A DNA stretch of 63,794 nt, filler included, from Asterionella formosa (lineage: Eukaryota): assembly GCA_002256025.1 (NCBI GenBank). It is 8 parts of 8 records of this genome, joined end to end, with 100 filler letters (N's around TTAATTAATTAA, not from the genome) between each part and the next. Parts side by side here need not be neighbours in the genome. Positions count along the whole stretch, not along the records: positions 44,761 to 63,794 come from NKIB01003856.1; 7 more parts are not named here. One strand, 5' to 3'. Position 1 is the stretch's first letter, and the number at the start of each line of letters is the position of its first letter. The notes under the pieces were generated by a model, which worked only from the letters and a program-made list of their open reading frames with translations, searched no databases and was not told where the DNA came from. The position numbers and the translations under genes were made by a program. Below, piece after piece: positions 63,664 through 63,794 of this stretch.

Positions 63664-63794
63664 TGTAGAGAAAGGTGACGTCGTTGAGCCTGCAACACAA
63701 ATGCATGCTTTAATGATTACCAAAAGAAAAGCTGCTATTGCAACGATTAATTCCACCATGCTTTCACGTGTGCATCGTACAGCCTCGACGGGAA

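Larger units (their letters stand above)
57953..63794 (+). pseudogene. Host gene with an N-terminal signal/anchor, disrupted by the Copia insertion
   Basis: The empty site (57953-58106 + 63669-63794) reads open for 93 codons to the window end: MKRRAWVLSTFSTFLVVAMLHFL...IYPIHV|EKGDVVEPATQ... Confidence 0.55.

Overview
Eukaryotic nuclear DNA, most likely a diatom. Evidence: short GT-AG introns, a bipartite plastid-targeting N-terminus and CoDi-like Copia elements. The window is probably an artificial concatenation of at least eight contigs, joined by 100-nt N linkers containing TTAATTAATTAA, so adjacency across the gaps is not evidence of linkage. Contig 1 (1-19091) holds two paralogous Zn-motif + armadillo-repeat genes. 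Between them lies a truncated Copia element, split at its RT KVDPC motif by a 10.9-kb Plavaka/CMC-type DNA transposon with TIRs, a 2-bp TSD and several cargo ORFs, one of them Ulp1-protease-like. Contig 2 (19192-38260) is gene-rich: a cytidylate-kinase-like gene, a DED1/DDX3 helicase, an ARM-like protein and a SAGA Ada1/Tada1-like gene. Five ~1.18-kb contigs follow; one carries a Gypsy fragment and one the start of a plastid-targeted gene. The last contig (44761-63794) holds a decayed Kolobok-like element (transposase + KolX/P2X7-ballast-like ORF) with two nested insertions, each with a 2-bp TSD; one of them carries satellite arrays. It also holds a full-length Copia element inserted into a host ORF. 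The most striking observation is that the primer-binding site of this Copia is not tRNA-like but is a perfect 15-16-nt complement of a sequence inside its own LTR, which suggests Tf1-like self-primed reverse transcription in a Ty1/Copia element.
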